A stretch of 64,000 nt of DNA from Phyllobates terribilis (taxonomy: Eukaryota). Positions 52,978 to 64,000 of the stretch are shown piece after piece. Every line of letters begins with the position of its first letter. Within the stretch, counting starts at the first letter, position 1. Location of the stretch: NCBI RefSeq assembly GCF_046119375.1, contig NW_027362767.1, positions 135,036,001 to 135,100,000 of the forward strand, in the 5' to 3' direction. The position numbers were made by a program, and so were the translations under genes. The notes beneath the pieces were generated by a model. The model saw only the letters and a list, made by a program, of their open reading frames with translations. It made no database searches and was not told the DNA's origin.

Positions 52978-54394
52978 AAGGGGGGAGGGGCACATCTTCA
53001 ATACTGCGTATGTAATCCCATCCTGTGCGATACACTCCGCTGAGCTCAATATCTAATCCCATCATGTGATACAGTAACACACCCCGGGATTAGATACAGG
53101 GCTAAGTGTAGTGTAAGCGTATCTAATCGCACACATGATACACTCCTCGATCTAACCCCAGCTTATGATACAGCGAGCAGCGCCATCTAACAGAATCGGT
53201 GCCATCCTCGGTGACGGTCCACTGGTCAGTATCACTGGCAGTCACCAGTAAGGGCTCCGCACTCTGATCCTAAACTTCATCCTCCCTTATCCTTTTGTAA
53301 ACACCCAGAAGGGGAGGAGCAGAGTGACATCACACACAGACCCCGCCCACATTCACTGCAGTTTTAATGTGAGCTAGTTGTACACTAGGTTTCAGCAGCT
53401 GCTCCCCCTAGTGTTTAAGAGTGGAAATGAAAAAAAAAAAATTTTTTTTGTAATTATTTTTCATATTTTACTTCATTAAGAGATTTTTTTTTTTTAAATT
53501 AAAAACATTACTTACTTTTTTTTTTTTTTTTCAACAATTGAAAAAGTTTAATTTATGGCACCTTCCCTTTAAAGGAGTTGTCCCAAAATGGACAGATTAA
53601 CAACCCCCCCCCCCCCCCCTCTAAATCCCCCATTAAGCTCCAGTTGTCCGTGCAATAATCACAGAGAAGCGGTTTCCTTCTCGTAGCAGCCTTATTTTAT
53701 TTGAAGCTTAAAAAATCTGTTTGAAACCAGTCAGAAAAAAAAAAAAGAAAAACACTAAATCATCCTGCTCCCGCCACCCCCTCCCCACCTGGCCCCAGGG
53801 GGACCCCCATTGTCCACCGCAGACAGGACACGGAGGCAGTTGTAAGTAAAAAGAAAGTGGCACGTGGCATTTATTGGCTGGAAGGAAAAATAAGAGTCAT
53901 CCCCACCCCTCCCCCGCACAGCATGGACGAGAGGAGTTGTAGTACTACAGTAATTTCCCAATCACATGATCTGAGACCGGGGGAGGGGAAACGCCAGAAG
54001 CCACCACATCTGATCACCGGAGCAAGGGTCAGCAGCCTGCCACACAACTACAACTCCCAGCATGCCTGGCAGGCTCCTGACCCCAGGTCCTAGCAGTAGG
54101 GGGACCTCACATAAGTGCGGAGGTATAAAGGTGCCCATCCCATAGAAGGATCACTCCCATCATCTACAGTCACAGGAAAATACTGAAATCGCACAAGAGC
54201 GGCCGGAAGCTTCCGGAATATAAAGTGGTCATCGCCATGCGGCAGAGCGTCGGGAGGACCCCGACCACACAATATGGCACTGGCTGCAGCACGGTGAGAA
54301 TTGGTCCTTAAAACCAGCATTAGGGGCAGGAGAAGGGTGGAGGGGTCCGGGCAGGTGGGTGGCCGCGGTGGGAACGTCAGGCAGTGACGGGGGT

Positions 54395-63757
<9,363 letters not shown>

Positions 63758-63879
63758 CTGGGAATGGGGGAGTAAGAGGGGTCAGCAGCAGATAATACAC
63801 ACGGGGAGGGTCGGCAGATAATACACATGGGGGTGAGTCCCCCCCCCAGATACACACTGGTGGACGGAGGGGGGAGTAG

Positions 63880-64000
63880 ACGGCAGCAGGTCACACTCGT
63901 GGGGGGGTAGACGGTAGCAGGTCACACTCGTGGGGGGGCAGACGGTAGCAGGTCACACTCGTGGGGGGGCAGACGGTAGCAGGTCACACTCGTGGGGGGG
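63880..64000. repeat. ~31-bp tandem repeat in the intron upstream of TPM3 exon 3, cut by the window end
   Basis: gacggtagcaggtcacactcgtgggggggca, ~4 copies. Confidence 0.85.

Larger units (their letters stand above)
46858..53572. mobile_element. T2-like (TTAA) non-autonomous DNA element enclosing the 42-bp satellite
   Basis: Left end ttaaagtgaaggtgccacaatt; right end (reverse complement) ttaaagggaaggtgccataaatt. Subterminal cact(a)ggggg motifs at both ends; TTAA at both termini. Confidence 0.55.

Overview
Vertebrate genomic DNA, most likely a frog (inferred from the T2/TTAA-type MITEs, V-SINE, Tx1 element, Gmr1-like element and 86-bp satellite). It holds the conserved cluster JTB(-), RAB13(-), RPS27(+) and the 3' half of TPM3(-). 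I rebuilt every exon by hand from GT/AG junctions and reading phase. Bases 1-22 kb are nested degenerate transposons: Tx1 LINE, chromodomain Ty3/Gypsy, Tc1, L1 fragments, a Gmr1/SCAN LTR element and MITEs. Tandem arrays include a ~9 kb G-rich 33-bp array, a ~4.5 kb 42-bp array and two 86-bp arrays. Most long ORFs in the track are repeat artefacts. The best hunt result is four ORF-less 0.4-0.73 kb insertions with 14-16 bp target-site duplications, an inverted arm and an asymmetric tail. Two of them carry hammerhead-ribozyme cores, consistent with non-autonomous Penelope-like elements. Also notable: a circularly permuted single-LTR Gypsy flanked by a 153-bp duplication, a 42-bp satellite inside a TTAA transposon, and no NUP210L between RPS27 and TPM3. 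No database searches or folding were run; family names rest on motif recognition.
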